A stretch of 64,000 bases of DNA from Pseudomonadota bacterium (GCA_036126475.1 JAYYSE010000125.1:12159-76158), one strand, 5' to 3'; numbered from the stretch's first letter, positions 19,666 to 31,362 are shown. The notes: generated by a model not told the origin, from the sequence alone. A program made the numbers and translations.

Positions 19666-21096
19666 TTAGCCGTTGTTACGGATCCACTCATCCATGTCTG
19701 TTTTCAGGTTGTCAGATTTAGTACCGAAGATAGCCTGTACGCCACCCGCTACTACTACAACACCTGCAGCACCTAGTTTCTTCAGTTTGTCTTGATCAAC
19801 AACCGCAGTATCAGCAACTGCAACACGTAGACGAGTAATACAAGCGTCAAGACCAGTGATGTTAGCTTTACCACCGAATGCAGCAACTAGATCACCAGCA
19901 AGTTCAGAACCAGTCGCAGCGGCTTCGTCTTCTGACTCGTCTTCACGGCCAGGAGTTTTAAGGTCTAGGGCTTTAATCACAGTACGAAATACAATGTAGT
20001 AAATTGCAGCGTAAGCAATACCACAAACAACCATTAAGCCCATCTTAGACGCGTGACCAGATAGAACTAGGAAGTCGATTAGACCGTGTGAGAAAGATGT
20101 ACCGTGTACAAAACCTAGAGTGTTAGCAAGAACGTAAGCAGAACCCGCTAGTAGAGCGTGGATTGCGTACAGTACTGGAGCAACGAATAGGAATGAGAAT
20201 TCGATTGGTTCAGTGATACCCGTTAGGAATGAAGTTAACGCAGCAGAAGCCATGATACCCATTACTTTTGCGCGATTTTCAGGCTTAGCTGAATGTGCAA
20301 TTGCGATTGCAGCAGCAGGTAGACCGAACATCTTGAACATATAACCACCAGCTAGCTGACCGAAACCATTGCCCGCAGCACGAGATGCGTCATCAGCAAC
20401 TAGGTAACAAGTAAGAACGCCGTTTTGAGTTTCGCCAACAGCGTTTACACAAGTACCAGCTTCGAAGAAGAATGGTACATTCCATACGTGGTGAAGACCA
20501 AATGGAATTAGAGAACGCTCAACGATACCGTAGATACCAAACGCAACTTGTGGGTTTTGTTGAGCAGCCCAATCAGAGAACGCAGAGATAGCGCCGCCAA
20601 CTGGTGGCCATACTACAGATAGTAGGAGTGCTAGGCCGATCGCAGAGAAACCTGTGATGATTGGCACAGCACGCTTACCAGCGAAGAAACCAAGGTACTC
20701 AGGAAGTTGAATACGGAAGAAACGGTTGAATGCCCAAGCAGCAACACCACCGACTAGGATACCACCTAGTACACCAGTATCGATTTTATCAACGCCCATT
20801 ACACCAGCCATTACTCCTAGTGTAGCAGTCATGATGCCGTAACCAACGATTGCTGCTAGACCAGCAACACCATCGTTGTTAGTAAAGCCAAGTGCAACAC
20901 CTACTGCGAACAGTAGTGCCATTTGACCAAATACTGAACCACCAGCTTGTTCCATTAGGTTTGAAACAATTTCTGGAATGAAAGAAAGATCTGCTGCACC
21001 GACACCTAGCAAAATACCCGCAACTGGTAAAACTGATACTGGAAGCATCAGAGACTTACCAACTTTTTGCAGGCTAGCAAAAAGGTTCTTAAACAT
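19666..21096 (-). CDS. ptsG: PTS glucose transporter EIICB
   Basis: [33 protein letters not shown] (EIIB Cys). Confidence 0.96.
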   Translation of the reverse strand: MFKNLFASLQKVGKSLMLPVSVLPVAGILLGVGAADLSFIPEIVSNLMEQAGGSVFGQMALLFAVGVALGFTNNDGVAGLAAIVGYGIMTATLGVMAGVMGVDKIDTGVLGGILVGGVAAWAFNRFFRIQLPEYLGFFAGKRAVPIITGFSAIGLALLLSVVWPPVGGAISAFSDWAAQQNPQVAFGIYGIVERSLIPFGLHHVWNVPFFFEAGTCVNAVGETQNGVLTCYLVADDASRAAGNGFGQLAGGYMFKMFGLPAAAIAIAHSAKPENRAKVMGIMASAALTSFLTGITEPIEFSFLFVAPVLYAIHALLAGSAYVLANTLGFVHGTSFSHGLIDFLVLSGHASKMGLMVVCGIAYAAIYYIVFRTVIKALDLKTPGREDESEDEAAATGSELAGDLVAAFGGKANITGLDACITRLRVAVADTAVVDQDKLKKLGAAGVVVVAGGVQAIFGTKSDNLKTDMDEWIRNNG

Positions 21097-21198
21097 GTTT
21101 ATGCTCCTGATAAAGATAAAATAATTATATGGGTTCTAACGGCCCCCCCCCGTAGCCTCAGTGTTAGCACCCTGTGAAAATGTAACCATGTATTGCAT

Positions 21199-21222
21199 TA
21201 TATTTTCTGCCGCTAAATATAT
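21199..21222. promoter_or_regulatory. Putative Mlc operator proximal to ptsG
   Basis: TATATTTTCTGCCGCTAAATATAT: TTT-N9-AAA with AT flanks. Confidence 0.55.
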
Positions 21223-21355
21223 ATTGATGGGTAACAAACTTTCTAGTGACTTACGAAATTTAGTTTCAAAACACGTCTTGGATCACATGTCAAATTTAGA
21301 AATGCAATGCTTTGCAATAATTTAATGTACTGATATTTATCGATATTTTTATGAC

Positions 21356-21390
21356 CACCATTATTTTACTGGGTAAATAAAATAATGGTG
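21356..21390. promoter_or_regulatory. Putative distal Mlc operator upstream of ptsG, within an extended palindrome
   Basis: CACCATTATTTT-ACTGGGTAAAT-AAAATAATGGTG containing a TT-N9-AA core. Confidence 0.6.
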
Positions 21391-21496
21391 AATGTTATTT
21401 TTAGTAACAAAATTACAAATATTATAATTAGCGCTCCCAAGTTCAACATAATTCGTAAACATTAAAAAAAAACGTGTTTTGGGTGATCAAAAACAC

Positions 21497-21521
21497 AAAA
21501 AGGGAGCTTTCGCTCCCTTTT
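21497..21521 (-). terminator. Terminator after tatD
   Basis: AAAAAGGGAGC-TTTC-GCTCCCTTTT. Confidence 0.8.
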
Positions 21522-21539
21522 ATTTGCTTAGCTCATTTT

Positions 21540-22307
21540 TTATCGCAAAAAAAGTTTCTGGTAATTTTTGGTCGTTTGTTCAGCAACCTCTTTCATCGAA
21601 ACCCCCTTCAACTGCGCAATATAGGCTGCCACCTCGACTACATATGCAGGCTGATTCTGCTTCCCACGGTATGGGATTGGCGCCAAGTATGGGGAGTCCG
21701 TTTCAATTAGTAGCCTATCTAACGGTAGGTTTTTAACAACCTCTTTAAGTTCTGTTGCTTGCTTAAAGGTCACAATGCCTGAAATTGAAATATAGAAACC
21801 TAATTTCATAGCCGCTTCAGCAAACGCCTGATCTTCAGTAAAACAGTGGATAACACCACCGCACTTCGCAGCGCCACCGTCACGAAGAATCGCAAGTGTA
21901 TCTTCACGAGCATTACGGGTATGAATGATCAAAGGCTTGTTCAATTCTACCGCTAGCTCAACATGCTGTTTGAATCGCAGTTGCTGCAATTCCGCAGTTT
22001 CAGGTTGATAGTGGTAATCTAAGCCAGTTTCACCTATCGCAACCACTTTAGGGTTGCTCGCGTATTCACGCATTATTTCAAGGCTGAAATCACTCTCAAC
22101 ATCAAGAGGATGAACGCCACAAGACGCGTTAACGTTATCAAACGGCGCTATCATTTCGAGCATGTTTTCAAACGAATCTAGTGTCACACCCACAGATAGT
22201 AGTTGGTCAACATTCGCTGCTTTCGCTTTGTTAACGACATCTTCTACACTGGTGTGTAAATCTTGGTAATCTAGCTTGTCTAAATGACAGTGGGAATCTA
22301 CGAACAT
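21540..22307 (-). CDS. ycfH: TatD family metal-dependent hydrolase (YcfH)
   Basis: MFVDSHCHLD, IGETGLDY, IHCFT, IETDSPYLAP. Confidence 0.93.
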   Translation of the reverse strand: MFVDSHCHLDKLDYQDLHTSVEDVVNKAKAANVDQLLSVGVTLDSFENMLEMIAPFDNVNASCGVHPLDVESDFSLEIMREYASNPKVVAIGETGLDYHYQPETAELQQLRFKQHVELAVELNKPLIIHTRNAREDTLAILRDGGAAKCGGVIHCFTEDQAFAEAAMKLGFYISISGIVTFKQATELKEVVKNLPLDRLLIETDSPYLAPIPYRGKQNQPAYVVEVAAYIAQLKGVSMKEVAEQTTKNYQKLFLR

Positions 22308-23263
22308 GTATCCTCGCAAGTGGCTATCAGCCAATTCATTATGAGTAGCTCCGTATTGAGCCCAGGGTTTTGCTTCAACTGCTCAATCAGTATCAATAAT
22401 TTATGTGCTGCAGTATAGGCGCTTTGGTAAGACATTACCTCACACAGCGCGTTAGCACTTGGGGTTATAGCATTATTTGCCAAACCGAAATGCAACTTCT
22501 GTACATCTGAAAGTAAGTGCCACAACCAATCAAACTTTATCAAAGGATCTTTAGCAAGCTCAGTCGAGAACTTAAGCATGTCAGGCTGAGTGCCTTTAAC
22601 GATGTTAACGAAACCATCGAATACTTTCTCGCAAGCCTCTACACCGCCTTCTTCAAACATCGCTTTCGCTTTCAACGGCGCATTATCGTTAAGTGCCAAA
22701 ATATACGGTGGCACAGCCTTACCTACTTCCCCATCAAGCCATACTGAGCCAGCTTCCAATTGTGGGCTAACCACATTGAATTGCTGACAACGACTTATGA
22801 TGGTTGGCATTAGGCGATTGCTGTTACGAGTCGACAGAATGAAAATACACTGGCTTGATGGCTCTTCGAGAGTTTTCAGCAAAGCATTGGAAGCCGACTC
22901 ATTCATCGCCTCAGCAGGTTCAAGTAAGATAACACGTAAACCACCCAACTGAGATGATTCTTGAGCCCAGCGATTGCTTGCACGTACTTGGTCAACCGTG
23001 ATCGATTTGCCTTTTTTCTCTGGTGAAATGACATGAAAATCCGGATGGCTACCCGATTTCATCAATTCACAGCTATGGCAAAACCCACACGCCTCACTTT
23101 CATAGTTCGTGCACATTAATACATCAGTAAGTTGGCTAATGAGAGCATCAATGCCCAACCCTTCCGGCGCATTAACAATCACAGAATTCGGAAAACGCTC
23201 AGCATCGAGACTTTTTTTCCACTCACTCCAAACTGGCGTGAGCCAAGAATACACTTCCGCCAT
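22298..23263 (-). CDS. holB: DNA polymerase III delta' subunit
   Basis: CGFCHSC zinc module, HPDF, ASNALLKTLEEP, TIISRC. Confidence 0.95.
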   Translation of the reverse strand: MAEVYSWLTPVWSEWKKSLDAERFPNSVIVNAPEGLGIDALISQLTDVLMCTNYESEACGFCHSCELMKSGSHPDFHVISPEKKGKSITVDQVRASNRWAQESSQLGGLRVILLEPAEAMNESASNALLKTLEEPSSQCIFILSTRNSNRLMPTIISRCQQFNVVSPQLEAGSVWLDGEVGKAVPPYILALNDNAPLKAKAMFEEGGVEACEKVFDGFVNIVKGTQPDMLKFSTELAKDPLIKFDWLWHLLSDVQKLHFGLANNAITPSANALCEVMSYQSAYTAAHKLLILIEQLKQNPGLNTELLIMNWLIATCEDTCS

Positions 23264-23269
23264 GACTAC

Positions 23270-23902
23270 CTACTGTTGGTCTAACCACGAACTAAGCGCT
23301 TGCTTAATATCCGCGGCGACTTGTTCTATTTCTTGCTCTGCATTGATCACAATAACCGAGTCATCTTGTGCAGCTATCTCAAGGTAACGTTCGCGCGTGC
23401 GATCGAAGAAAGAGATATCCATCTTTTCAATTCTATCTAGCTCACCACGGCCACGTGCGCGTTCAAGCCCTACTCTAGGATCTAAGTCCAAGTATAAAGT
23501 TAGATCAGGCTTAAAATCCCCTAGCGTGGTTGCCTTCAATGACTCCATTGTTGCGCGCACGATCTGACGACCACCACCTTGATACGCTTGAGAAGACATA
23601 TCATGGCGATCACCTAATACCCACTTACCGCTATCTAAAGCCGGCTTAATCACGTTTTCGACTAATTGAACACGTGCAGCGTACATCAGCAGTAACTCAG
23701 TCATGTCTTGAAGCTTTTCACCTTCGTGCTCTTCTTTGACCAGTGAACGCATCTTTTCTGCCAGCACGGTGCCGCCTGGTTCACGAGTGTTTACGAGCTC
23801 TTCAACACCAGATGCTTTCAATGTCTCAACGATGGCATTGATAGCTGTGCTTTTACCCGCACCTTCAAGGCCTTCAACCACAATAAATTTCGACTGATTC
23901 AT
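23270..23902 (-). CDS. tmk: Thymidylate kinase
   Basis: [29 protein letters not shown]. Confidence 0.97.
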   Translation of the reverse strand: MNQSKFIVVEGLEGAGKSTAINAIVETLKASGVEELVNTREPGGTVLAEKMRSLVKEEHEGEKLQDMTELLLMYAARVQLVENVIKPALDSGKWVLGDRHDMSSQAYQGGGRQIVRATMESLKATTLGDFKPDLTLYLDLDPRVGLERARGRGELDRIEKMDISFFDRTRERYLEIAAQDDSVIVINAEQEIEQVAADIKQALSSWLDQQ

Positions 23903-23913
23903 AATTCGTTCTT

Positions 23914-24930
23914 TTATTTGTTTTTTCTTAATTGTTTTAAGTAAGCTCGTACTGCACGGTTGTGCTCAGCCAAACTCTTTGAAAATACGTGCCCACCTGT
24001 GCCACTCGCGACAAAATAGAGGTAGTTACTTTTTTCTGGATTCAGGGCCGCATTAATTGACGCTCGACCCGCCATAGCAATCGGCGTTGGCGGCAGACCA
24101 CCCATAGTGTATGTGTTGTATGGCGTTGGGGTTCTTAGATCTTTCTTACGGATATTGCCATCGTAGCTATCGCCCATTCCGTAAATTACTGTTGGATCCG
24201 TTTGTAGACGCATACGCTTGTTCAAACGGTTAACGAACACAGACGACACACGTTCACGCTCTGAAGCAACAGCAGTCTCTTTCTCAATAATGGATGCCAG
24301 AATCAGCGCTTCATAAGGAGACTTAAGAGGCAGCTTGTCCGCTCTCTTTTCCCACTCATCGTTCACAACATTCATGAGATCGCGATGTGCTCGCTTTAGC
24401 AAATCTAAATCTGTAGTGCCGTAGGTGTAGTGGTAGGTCTCCGCTAAGAACAGACCTTCTAGCTTCTCATTTTCAATACCCAGCTTTTCAGCGATCTCTT
24501 TTTCAGACATACCATCAAGCGTTTGTTGAATAAACTCATTGTTCTTTAACTGAACAAGCCACTCGTCAAAACGACTGCCTTCAACAAAGGTGATAGTAAA
24601 CTGATGCTCTTTACCCTCTACAAGCACTTGTAGCGCTTGCTCAAGCGTTAAACCCGGCTCTAGCAGGAATGTACCCGCTTTAACATCAACAAGCTCTGGA
24701 TGTAGCTTGCGGATTAGTTTCTCATAAGGAGATGCATCAAATAGGCCTTCATTAATCAGCTGCGCAAGTACACGATTAAAACTGCTACCAGAGGCGATGG
24801 TAACCACCTGCGGCTTTTCTGATTGAATAACTTGTTTGAGGTTATCTTGCGCTTGGTTGTAAACGTAGAACCCAGCAGCGCCCGCTGCGATTAGGCACAA
24901 GATAATAAAAATAAATAACTTTTTGATCAC
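23914..24930 (-). CDS. mltG: Endolytic transglycosylase MltG
   Basis: [26 protein letters not shown]. Confidence 0.96.
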   Translation of the reverse strand: MIKKLFIFIILCLIAAGAAGFYVYNQAQDNLKQVIQSEKPQVVTIASGSSFNRVLAQLINEGLFDASPYEKLIRKLHPELVDVKAGTFLLEPGLTLEQALQVLVEGKEHQFTITFVEGSRFDEWLVQLKNNEFIQQTLDGMSEKEIAEKLGIENEKLEGLFLAETYHYTYGTTDLDLLKRAHRDLMNVVNDEWEKRADKLPLKSPYEALILASIIEKETAVASERERVSSVFVNRLNKRMRLQTDPTVIYGMGDSYDGNIRKKDLRTPTPYNTYTMGGLPPTPIAMAGRASINAALNPEKSNYLYFVASGTGGHVFSKSLAEHNRAVRAYLKQLRKNK

Positions 24931-25769
24931 GAGTTTAGTTGTCCTTGAAGGCTACGAGTAACGGTTCCAATGTTAAATTGAGTTTCACTAATACGGGTAA
25001 CAGGAGCAACCCCCAAAATGGAGTTGGTAATGAAAACCTCGTCAGCTTGCATGACTTGAGGTAAGCAGTAGTCAGCAATAGTAACGGAAAGTTCAGTTTG
25101 ATTCAGCGTCGTTAACACTTGCTTACGCATAACACCTGCAACACCACTTTGGGTAAGCTGCGGAGTATAAATGACCTCACCTTGACGCCAAAATAGATTG
25201 GCCATGGTGGTTTCAATCACATTGCCTGAGATATCAAGAACCAAACCGTCAACTTCACCAGCCTGATCCATTTCATCCTTCATCAATATTTGTTCTAGGC
25301 GATTGTTATGTTTGTGACCAGCAAGTAATGGACTCAAACCTAGTACTTGGCGACAAACTCCGAGCTCAACTCCGTTGTCTTGCCATTCTGCATAGTGGCT
25401 TGGGTAATCAAACGTACTAATAGTAATGGTTGGCTTAGCAATGTTCTTGGTACTGTAGCCTCTCCCACCAGCACCACGGCTAACATGCAGCTTTACTCCG
25501 GCTTTGCTGCTATTAGACTTGTTTGCACTTTCGTGGTGGCAGTTTTGGATGTGTTGAATTGTACTAGTTAACCACGCGTTAACCACATTCCAATCTAATG
25601 CAGAAATACGTAACGCTTTTAGACATTCATCGACACGATGCTGATGGTCGTGAAAATGCTCAATCTCACCATTTGAGACAAGCATAGTCGTAAAACAGCC
25701 GTCTCCATATTGAAACGAGCGATCCAAGATGTCGATAGTTTGCTGGCTTTCTCCGTCAACCCAAAACAT
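24927..25769 (-). CDS. pabC: Aminodeoxychorismate lyase
   Basis: DRSFQYGDGCFTT, KHNNRLEQ, GVAGVMR; position after fabF; start at MFWVDG. Confidence 0.93.
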   Translation of the reverse strand: MFWVDGESQQTIDILDRSFQYGDGCFTTMLVSNGEIEHFHDHQHRVDECLKALRISALDWNVVNAWLTSTIQHIQNCHHESANKSNSSKAGVKLHVSRGAGGRGYSTKNIAKPTITISTFDYPSHYAEWQDNGVELGVCRQVLGLSPLLAGHKHNNRLEQILMKDEMDQAGEVDGLVLDISGNVIETTMANLFWRQGEVIYTPQLTQSGVAGVMRKQVLTTLNQTELSVTIADYCLPQVMQADEVFITNSILGVAPVTRISETQFNIGTVTRSLQGQLNS

Positions 25770-25870
25770 GATTTTCCCCATAAAAAGAAACGGCTCAATG
25801 CTAAGCATCAAGCCGTTTAAAAACAAGTCTAATTATGACTATCTACGACGTTTAGGTATTTATAAGATGA

Positions 25871-27115
25871 TTAAATCTTTTTGAAGATCAAACAGCCGTT
25901 TGTACCACCGAAACCGAAAGAGTTACATGCAGCATATTCCATGTTGCTAACGTTACGTGCGGTGTGAGGTACTAGATCAATGTCTAAGCCTTCTTCAGGA
26001 TCATCTAGGTTGATTGTTGGTGGAACAATTTGGTCAACCAGAGACATAGCCGTGATGATAGCTTCAGCAGAACCTGCAGCACCTAGAAGGTGACCTGTCA
26101 TTGATTTCGTAGAAGAAACCAATACTTGCTTGCTGCCAGCTTCGCCAAGTGCACGTTTGATACCCTTAACTTCTGCTACGTCGCCAGCAGGAGTCGATGT
26201 ACCGTGTGCATTAACATAACCGATTTGTTCACCAGTAATGCCAGCATCACGCATCGCCGCTTCCATTGCTAGAGCGCCACCAGAGCCATCTTCACTTGGA
26301 GATGTCATGTGGAAAGCGTCACCCGACATACCGAAGCCAACTAGCTCACAGTAAATCTTAGCGCCACGAGCTTTCGCATGTTCGTACTCTTCAAGAACCA
26401 TCATGCCTGCACCGTCACCAAGAACGAAACCGTCACGGCCTTTGTCCCATGGACGAGAAGCTTTTTGAGGCTCGTCGTTGCGAGTAGATAGTGCTTTGGC
26501 TGCACCAAACCCCCCCATACCTAGTGGTGTAGATGCTTTTTCAGCACCACCCGCTAGCATTGCGTCAGCATCGCCGTATGCAATCATACGTGCCGCGTGA
26601 CCAATGTTATGTAGGCCAGTTGTACATGCAGTAGAAATAGCGATGTTAGGACCGCGTAGACCACGCATGATAGACATGTGACCAGCAATCATGTTCACAA
26701 TCGTTGACGGAACAAAGAATGGGCTAATTTTACGAGGGCCTTTTTCAGTAAGCGCTTGATGACCAGCTTCGATCAAACCAAGACCACCAATGCCTGAACC
26801 GATAGCCACACCAATACGTGGTGCGTTCTCATCAGTAACAGTTAGACCAGAATCATCAAGTGCCTGAACACCTGCTGCGACGCCGTATTGGATGAATAGA
26901 TCCATTTTACGAGCATCTTTTTTAGACATGTACTCTTCGCAGTTAAAGTCTTTAACTAGACCTGCAAAACGAGTTGAGAAATTGGTTGCATCAAAATGCT
27001 CGATATTAACGATACCACTTTGACCAGCTAGCAGGGCTTTCCAAGAAGATTCTACAGTGTTGCCTACCGGTGACAACATACCCATGCCAGTGACAACTAC
27101 ACGACGCTTGGACAC
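25871..27115 (-). CDS. fabF: 3-oxoacyl-ACP synthase II
   Basis: [29 protein letters not shown]. Confidence 0.97.
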   Translation of the reverse strand: MSKRRVVVTGMGMLSPVGNTVESSWKALLAGQSGIVNIEHFDATNFSTRFAGLVKDFNCEEYMSKKDARKMDLFIQYGVAAGVQALDDSGLTVTDENAPRIGVAIGSGIGGLGLIEAGHQALTEKGPRKISPFFVPSTIVNMIAGHMSIMRGLRGPNIAISTACTTGLHNIGHAARMIAYGDADAMLAGGAEKASTPLGMGGFGAAKALSTRNDEPQKASRPWDKGRDGFVLGDGAGMMVLEEYEHAKARGAKIYCELVGFGMSGDAFHMTSPSEDGSGGALAMEAAMRDAGITGEQIGYVNAHGTSTPAGDVAEVKGIKRALGEAGSKQVLVSSTKSMTGHLLGAAGSAEAIITAMSLVDQIVPPTINLDDPEEGLDIDLVPHTARNVSNMEYAACNSFGFGGTNGCLIFKKI

Positions 27116-27175
27116 GATTTTACACTCCGGAGATTGAGATGATTTAAGATGAGGATAGATGAGTTAGATAAAACA

Positions 27176-27198
27176 CAGGCGGTCGAGGTGACCGCCTG
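27176..27198 (-). terminator. Hairpin between acpP and fabF
   Basis: CAGGCGGTC-GAGGT-GACCGCCTG followed on the minus strand by TGTTTT. Confidence 0.65.
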
Positions 27199-27208
27199 GG
27201 AGAGATTA

Positions 27209-27442
27209 TTACTGAGCGCTAGTTACGTAATCGATAGCTGCTTGAACAGTAGTAATTTTCTCAGCTTCTTCATCTGGGATTTCAGTGTCGAATTCTTCTT
27301 CTAGAGCCATTACTAGCTCAACTGTGTCTAGAGAATCTGCACCAAGGTCATCAACGAAAGAAGCTTCGTTTTTAACTTCAGCTTCGTCTACACCTAGCTG
27401 TTCAACAATGATTTTCTTTACGCGTTCTTCGAGGTTGCTCAT
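27209..27442 (-). CDS. acpP: Acyl carrier protein
   Basis: [14 protein letters not shown]. Confidence 0.98.
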   Translation of the reverse strand: MSNLEERVKKIIVEQLGVDEAEVKNEASFVDDLGADSLDTVELVMALEEEFDTEIPDEEAEKITTVQAAIDYVTSAQ

Positions 27443-27524
27443 TTTTTCTTTTCCTTTACAGAGTTCGCTTTATGCGATGTTTTCCGTAGTTTATTCAATC
27501 TATTGAAAGTTGCAAGGTCAACTT

Positions 27525-27541
27525 TTCTGGTCAAACCACAA
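27525..27541. promoter_or_regulatory. Putative FadR box upstream of acpP
   Basis: TTCTGGTCAAACCACAA vs consensus NWCTGGTCNGACCAGWN, just upstream of a minus-strand TTGCAA-N16-TAAACT promoter-like pair. Confidence 0.65.
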
Positions 27542-27608
27542 TTTTCACGATTTTAACCGAAATTACGTATGATCTTGACTTAAATCATGCACAAATGTTG
27601 CACATAAT

Positions 27609-28346
27609 TTAAACCATGTACATACCGCCATTGACGTGAAGTGTTTCACCTGTGATATAAGCTGCCGCAGGCGACGCCAAAAATACCACAGCTTCAGCGA
27701 TTTCGCGAGGGTCACCTAGTCGACCTGCTGGTACATTCGCCAAAGTTGCTGCACGTTGGTCATCATTTAGCGCTTTAGTCATGTCAGTTTCGATGAAACC
27801 AGGAGCAACAGTGTTTACTGTAACGCCGCGAGACGCAACTTCACGAGCCATTGATTTAGTAAAGCCAATCACGCCAGCTTTCGCCGCTGCGTAGTTTGCT
27901 TGACCAGCGTTACCCATGGTACCCACTACAGAGCCAACGTTTACGATACGGCCTTCACGCTTCTTCATCATGCCACGTAATACAGCTTTAGACATGCGGA
28001 AGATAGGTGTTAGGTTAGTGTCGATGATGTCATTCCATTCGTCGTCTTTCATACGCATTAGTAGGTTGTCACGAGTGATACCTGCGTTGTTGACTAGAAT
28101 ATCAATCGCACCGAACTCATCGTTGATGGTTTTCAGTGTTGCAGCAATTGAGTCAACATCAGTTACGTTCAGAGCAAGACCTTTACCGTTCTCGCCAAGG
28201 TACTCACTGATTGCAGCAGCGCCGCCTTCAGATGTAGCCGTACCGATAACTTTAGCACCACGCTCAACTAAAAGTTCAGCGATTGCACGACCGATACCAC
28301 GGCTTGCGCCTGTAACTAGTGCAACTTTGCCTTCTAAATTCATCAT
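27609..28346 (-). CDS. fabG: 3-oxoacyl-ACP reductase
   Basis: TGASRGIG, NNAGITRD, YAAAK. Confidence 0.97.
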   Translation of the reverse strand: MMNLEGKVALVTGASRGIGRAIAELLVERGAKVIGTATSEGGAAAISEYLGENGKGLALNVTDVDSIAATLKTINDEFGAIDILVNNAGITRDNLLMRMKDDEWNDIIDTNLTPIFRMSKAVLRGMMKKREGRIVNVGSVVGTMGNAGQANYAAAKAGVIGFTKSMAREVASRGVTVNTVAPGFIETDMTKALNDDQRAATLANVPAGRLGDPREIAEAVVFLASPAAAYITGETLHVNGGMYMV

Positions 28347-28367
28347 AACTTCTCTATTAAGTGGTTA

Positions 28368-29291
28368 TTACTTAGCAGCTTCTAGTGATGCAGTGTCGTT
28401 AACTGCAGAAGCTGTCATAGTTTTTACGATTCGTTTTGTTAGGCCAGTAAGAACTTTACCAGGACCTAATTCAAGTAGCTTCTCAACGCCTTGCTCGTTC
28501 ATCGCTTGTACACACTCAGTCCAACGTACTGGGCTGTAAAGTTGACGAACAAGTGCATCTTTAATTTTTGCTGGGTCTGTTTCAGCAACAACATCAACGT
28601 TATTGATAACAGGTAGCGCTGGCGTGTTGAACTCTAGAGCTTCTAGAGCCACCGCTAGCTTGTCTGCTGCAGGTTTCATTAGTGCACAGTGAGACGGTAC
28701 AGATACTGGTAGAGGAAGTGCACGCTTAGCGCCCGCTTCTTTGCATAGTGTACCAGCGCGCTCTACTGCCGCTTTATTACCCGCGATAACAACTTGACCA
28801 GGAGAGTTAAAGTTCACAGGAGAAACAACTTCGTCTTGTGAAGCTTCTTCACACGCTTTAGCAATCGCTTCATCATCTAGACCGATGATTGCGTACATAG
28901 CACCAACGCCTGCAGGAACTGCTTCTTGCATTAGTTGACCACGTAGTTCAACTAGCTTGATCGCTTCTTTAAAGTCGATAACGCCAGCACATACTAGTGC
29001 AGAGTATTCACCTAAGCTGTGACCCGCTAAGTTTACAGGTTGCTCTAGGCCAAGCTCTTGCCATACACGCCAAATTGCAACAGACGCTGTTAATAGAGCC
29101 GGTTGAGTGCGGAAAGTTTCATTTAAATTTTCTACTGGGCCATCTTGAACTAATGCCCATAGATCGTAACCAAGTGCTTCTGAAGCTTCAGCAAATGTTT
29201 GTTTAACAACATCATACTGTTCGCCTAGGTCTGCAAGCATACCGATAGCTTGAGAGCCTTGGCCTGGGAATACGATAGCAAACTTGCTCAT
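28368..29291 (-). CDS. fabD: Malonyl-CoA:ACP transacylase
   Basis: FPGQGSQ, GHSLGEY. Confidence 0.97.
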   Translation of the reverse strand: MSKFAIVFPGQGSQAIGMLADLGEQYDVVKQTFAEASEALGYDLWALVQDGPVENLNETFRTQPALLTASVAIWRVWQELGLEQPVNLAGHSLGEYSALVCAGVIDFKEAIKLVELRGQLMQEAVPAGVGAMYAIIGLDDEAIAKACEEASQDEVVSPVNFNSPGQVVIAGNKAAVERAGTLCKEAGAKRALPLPVSVPSHCALMKPAADKLAVALEALEFNTPALPVINNVDVVAETDPAKIKDALVRQLYSPVRWTECVQAMNEQGVEKLLELGPGKVLTGLTKRIVKTMTASAVNDTASLEAAK

Positions 29292-29371
29292 TGTAATTTT
29301 CCTTTAAGCAAAGCAAAAAATTGAATAAGGCACATAAGTTATGTGCCTTGTTTGTAGGTTTTCGCTTAGGG

Positions 29372-30322
29372 TTAGAATTTAACTAACGCAGAACCCCAAG
29401 TGAAGCCGCCGCCAAATGCTTCCAATAGAAGTGTTTGACCGCGTTTAATTCGTCCGTCACGAACAGCCTCATCTAATGCTGTTGGTACGGTAGCCGCTGA
29501 CGTGTTGCCGTGTTTATCAAGGGTGATCACCACTTGATCAAGTGACATTGTCAGTTTTTTCGCCGTTGCCGAAATAATACGGTAGTTAGCTTGGTGTGGG
29601 ACTAACCAGTCAAGCTCAGACTTATCCATGTTATTTGCAGCTAATGTGTCTTTAACTAGCTTAGATAGCTGAGTTACCGCCACTTTGAATACTTCGTTGC
29701 CTGCCATGTGCAGCCATTTGTCAACGTCACCGCCACGCTCTGGTACTTCAAGGCTTAGAAGCTCACCGTATTTACCGTCAGAGTAAATGTGAGTCGACAA
29801 AATACCTGGCTCTTCGCTTGCGCCTAAAACCACCGCGCCTGCTGCATCACCAAATAGGATGATCGTAGAGCGGTCAGTCGGATCACAGGTTTTTGACAGT
29901 GCATCGGCACCAATCACCAAAACGTTCTTACACATGCCTGATTTGATGTGCTGATCTGCAACAGACAAAGCATAGACAAAACCAGAACACGCTGCAGCCA
30001 AATCAAACGCAGGGCAGCCTTTGATACCAAGCTTACCTTGTACCTGACACGCCGAAGACGGGAATGTGTGGCTACTACTGGTGGTCGCAACGATGATTAA
30101 ATCAATCTCTTCTTTGTCGATACCCGCCATGTCAATGGCATTTTCAGCAGCGTAAAACGCCATATCTGCAACGGTTTCGTTTTCCGCTGAAATACGACGC
30201 TCTTTAATACCTGTTCTAGCAACGATCCACTCGTCGCTAGTCTCTACCATTTTCTCTAAGTCTGCGTTAGTACGCACCTGAGATGGCAAGTAGCTGCCAG
30301 TACCTAAAATTTTGCTATACAT
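29372..30322 (-). CDS. fabH: 3-oxoacyl-ACP synthase III
   Basis: AACSGF, PHQAN, GNTSAA. Confidence 0.97.
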   Translation of the reverse strand: MYSKILGTGSYLPSQVRTNADLEKMVETSDEWIVARTGIKERRISAENETVADMAFYAAENAIDMAGIDKEEIDLIIVATTSSSHTFPSSACQVQGKLGIKGCPAFDLAAACSGFVYALSVADQHIKSGMCKNVLVIGADALSKTCDPTDRSTIILFGDAAGAVVLGASEEPGILSTHIYSDGKYGELLSLEVPERGGDVDKWLHMAGNEVFKVAVTQLSKLVKDTLAANNMDKSELDWLVPHQANYRIISATAKKLTMSLDQVVITLDKHGNTSAATVPTALDEAVRDGRIKRGQTLLLEAFGGGFTWGSALVKF

Positions 30323-30327
30323 GAAGA

Positions 30328-31353
30328 CTAATAATGCCTCTCGAGTAAAACCGCTTCCAAACGATCGCTAATGCGGCTGGGGACTTGTCGTTTGACCTCG
30401 TGTACTGCCTCGCCAATCGCGTTGACAACTGCAGATACATCAGCACTTCCATGACTTTTAATGACAATACCGCGCAATCCTAACAAACTTGCGCCGTTAT
30501 ACTGGTCGGGGTTCAAGGTTTTTAATTCAGTAAATAGCTCAGAAAACAACATTCTGGCTATCCAACCCTTTATATTTGAAGCCATCATGCGCGTTTTTAG
30601 CTTATCAATAAAGAGCTGAGCCGTACCTTCGCACGTTTTTAAGCAGATATTGCCCACAAAACCATCACATACGACGACATCAGCAGCATCTTGAAGGAGT
30701 TGGTTACCTTCAATATAGCCTATGAAGTTCACAGACTGAGTATTCGACAACATTTCAGCGCATCGTTTTACAAGGTCATTACCTTTAATTTCTTCGGCAC
30801 CGATATTTAAAATAGCGACACGTGGAGCGCGACCTAAATGTTGTTCCGCTAATGCACTGCCCATCACAGCAAATTGGAAAAGCGAATCTGCATCACTAGA
30901 CACATTTGCCCCTAAATCAAGCATCCATGTACGATTCCCTGAAGCGGTAGGCAAAGCTGAAACCAATGCGGGCCTATCAATGCCAGGGAGGAGCTTAAGT
31001 CGAAAACGGGACAGAGCCATCAATGCGCCGGTGTTACCACCACTCACACAAGCATCAGCTTGAGAGTTGGCGACCAAATCAATAGCGGCACGCATGGAGC
31101 TACCCTGACTATTACGCAGGGCTAGTGAAGGTTTTTCAGAATTGGAAATAACTCGAACGCAATGCTGAATACTCAGACGAGAGTCAGGCACTCGACCTAA
31201 TGAAGATAATTGAGATGTGATCGCTTTTCGATCACCTATGAGAATGACTTTTAGCTCTGGGAAATACGACAGTGCCTGCACGGCGGCAGGCACTGTTACA
31301 CGAGGACCGAAGTCCCCGCCCATTGCATCAAGCGCAACGGTTAGATTTTGCAA
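30328..31353 (-). CDS. plsX: Phosphate acyltransferase PlsX
   Basis: [21 protein letters not shown]. Confidence 0.97.
   Translation of the reverse strand: MQNLTVALDAMGGDFGPRVTVPAAVQALSYFPELKVILIGDRKAITSQLSSLGRVPDSRLSIQHCVRVISNSEKPSLALRNSQGSSMRAAIDLVANSQADACVSGGNTGALMALSRFRLKLLPGIDRPALVSALPTASGNRTWMLDLGANVSSDADSLFQFAVMGSALAEQHLGRAPRVAILNIGAEEIKGNDLVKRCAEMLSNTQSVNFIGYIEGNQLLQDAADVVVCDGFVGNICLKTCEGTAQLFIDKLKTRMMASNIKGWIARMLFSELFTELKTLNPDQYNGASLLGLRGIVIKSHGSADVSAVVNAIGEAVHEVKRQVPSRISDRLEAVLLERHY
30500..30516 (-). promoter_or_regulatory. Putative FadR site inside plsX for an internal fabH promoter
   Basis: TTGAACCCCGACCAGTA (LNPDQY codons) has a perfect GACCAG half-site. FadR activation of fabH from within plsX is established in E. 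coli. Confidence 0.45.
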
Positions 31354-31362
31354 AGGTCAACC

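Noticed and set aside
19482-19691. 69-aa hydrophobic ORF downstream of ptsG
   Set aside because: Starts inside ptsG and runs through the ptsG terminator hairpin; no SD.
27916-28539. 207-aa ORF antisense to fabG/fabD, and the many other 60-145 aa overlapping ORFs in the track
   Set aside because: They lie antisense or out of frame within highly expressed genes with biased codon usage and show no recognisable motifs, so they are shadow ORFs.
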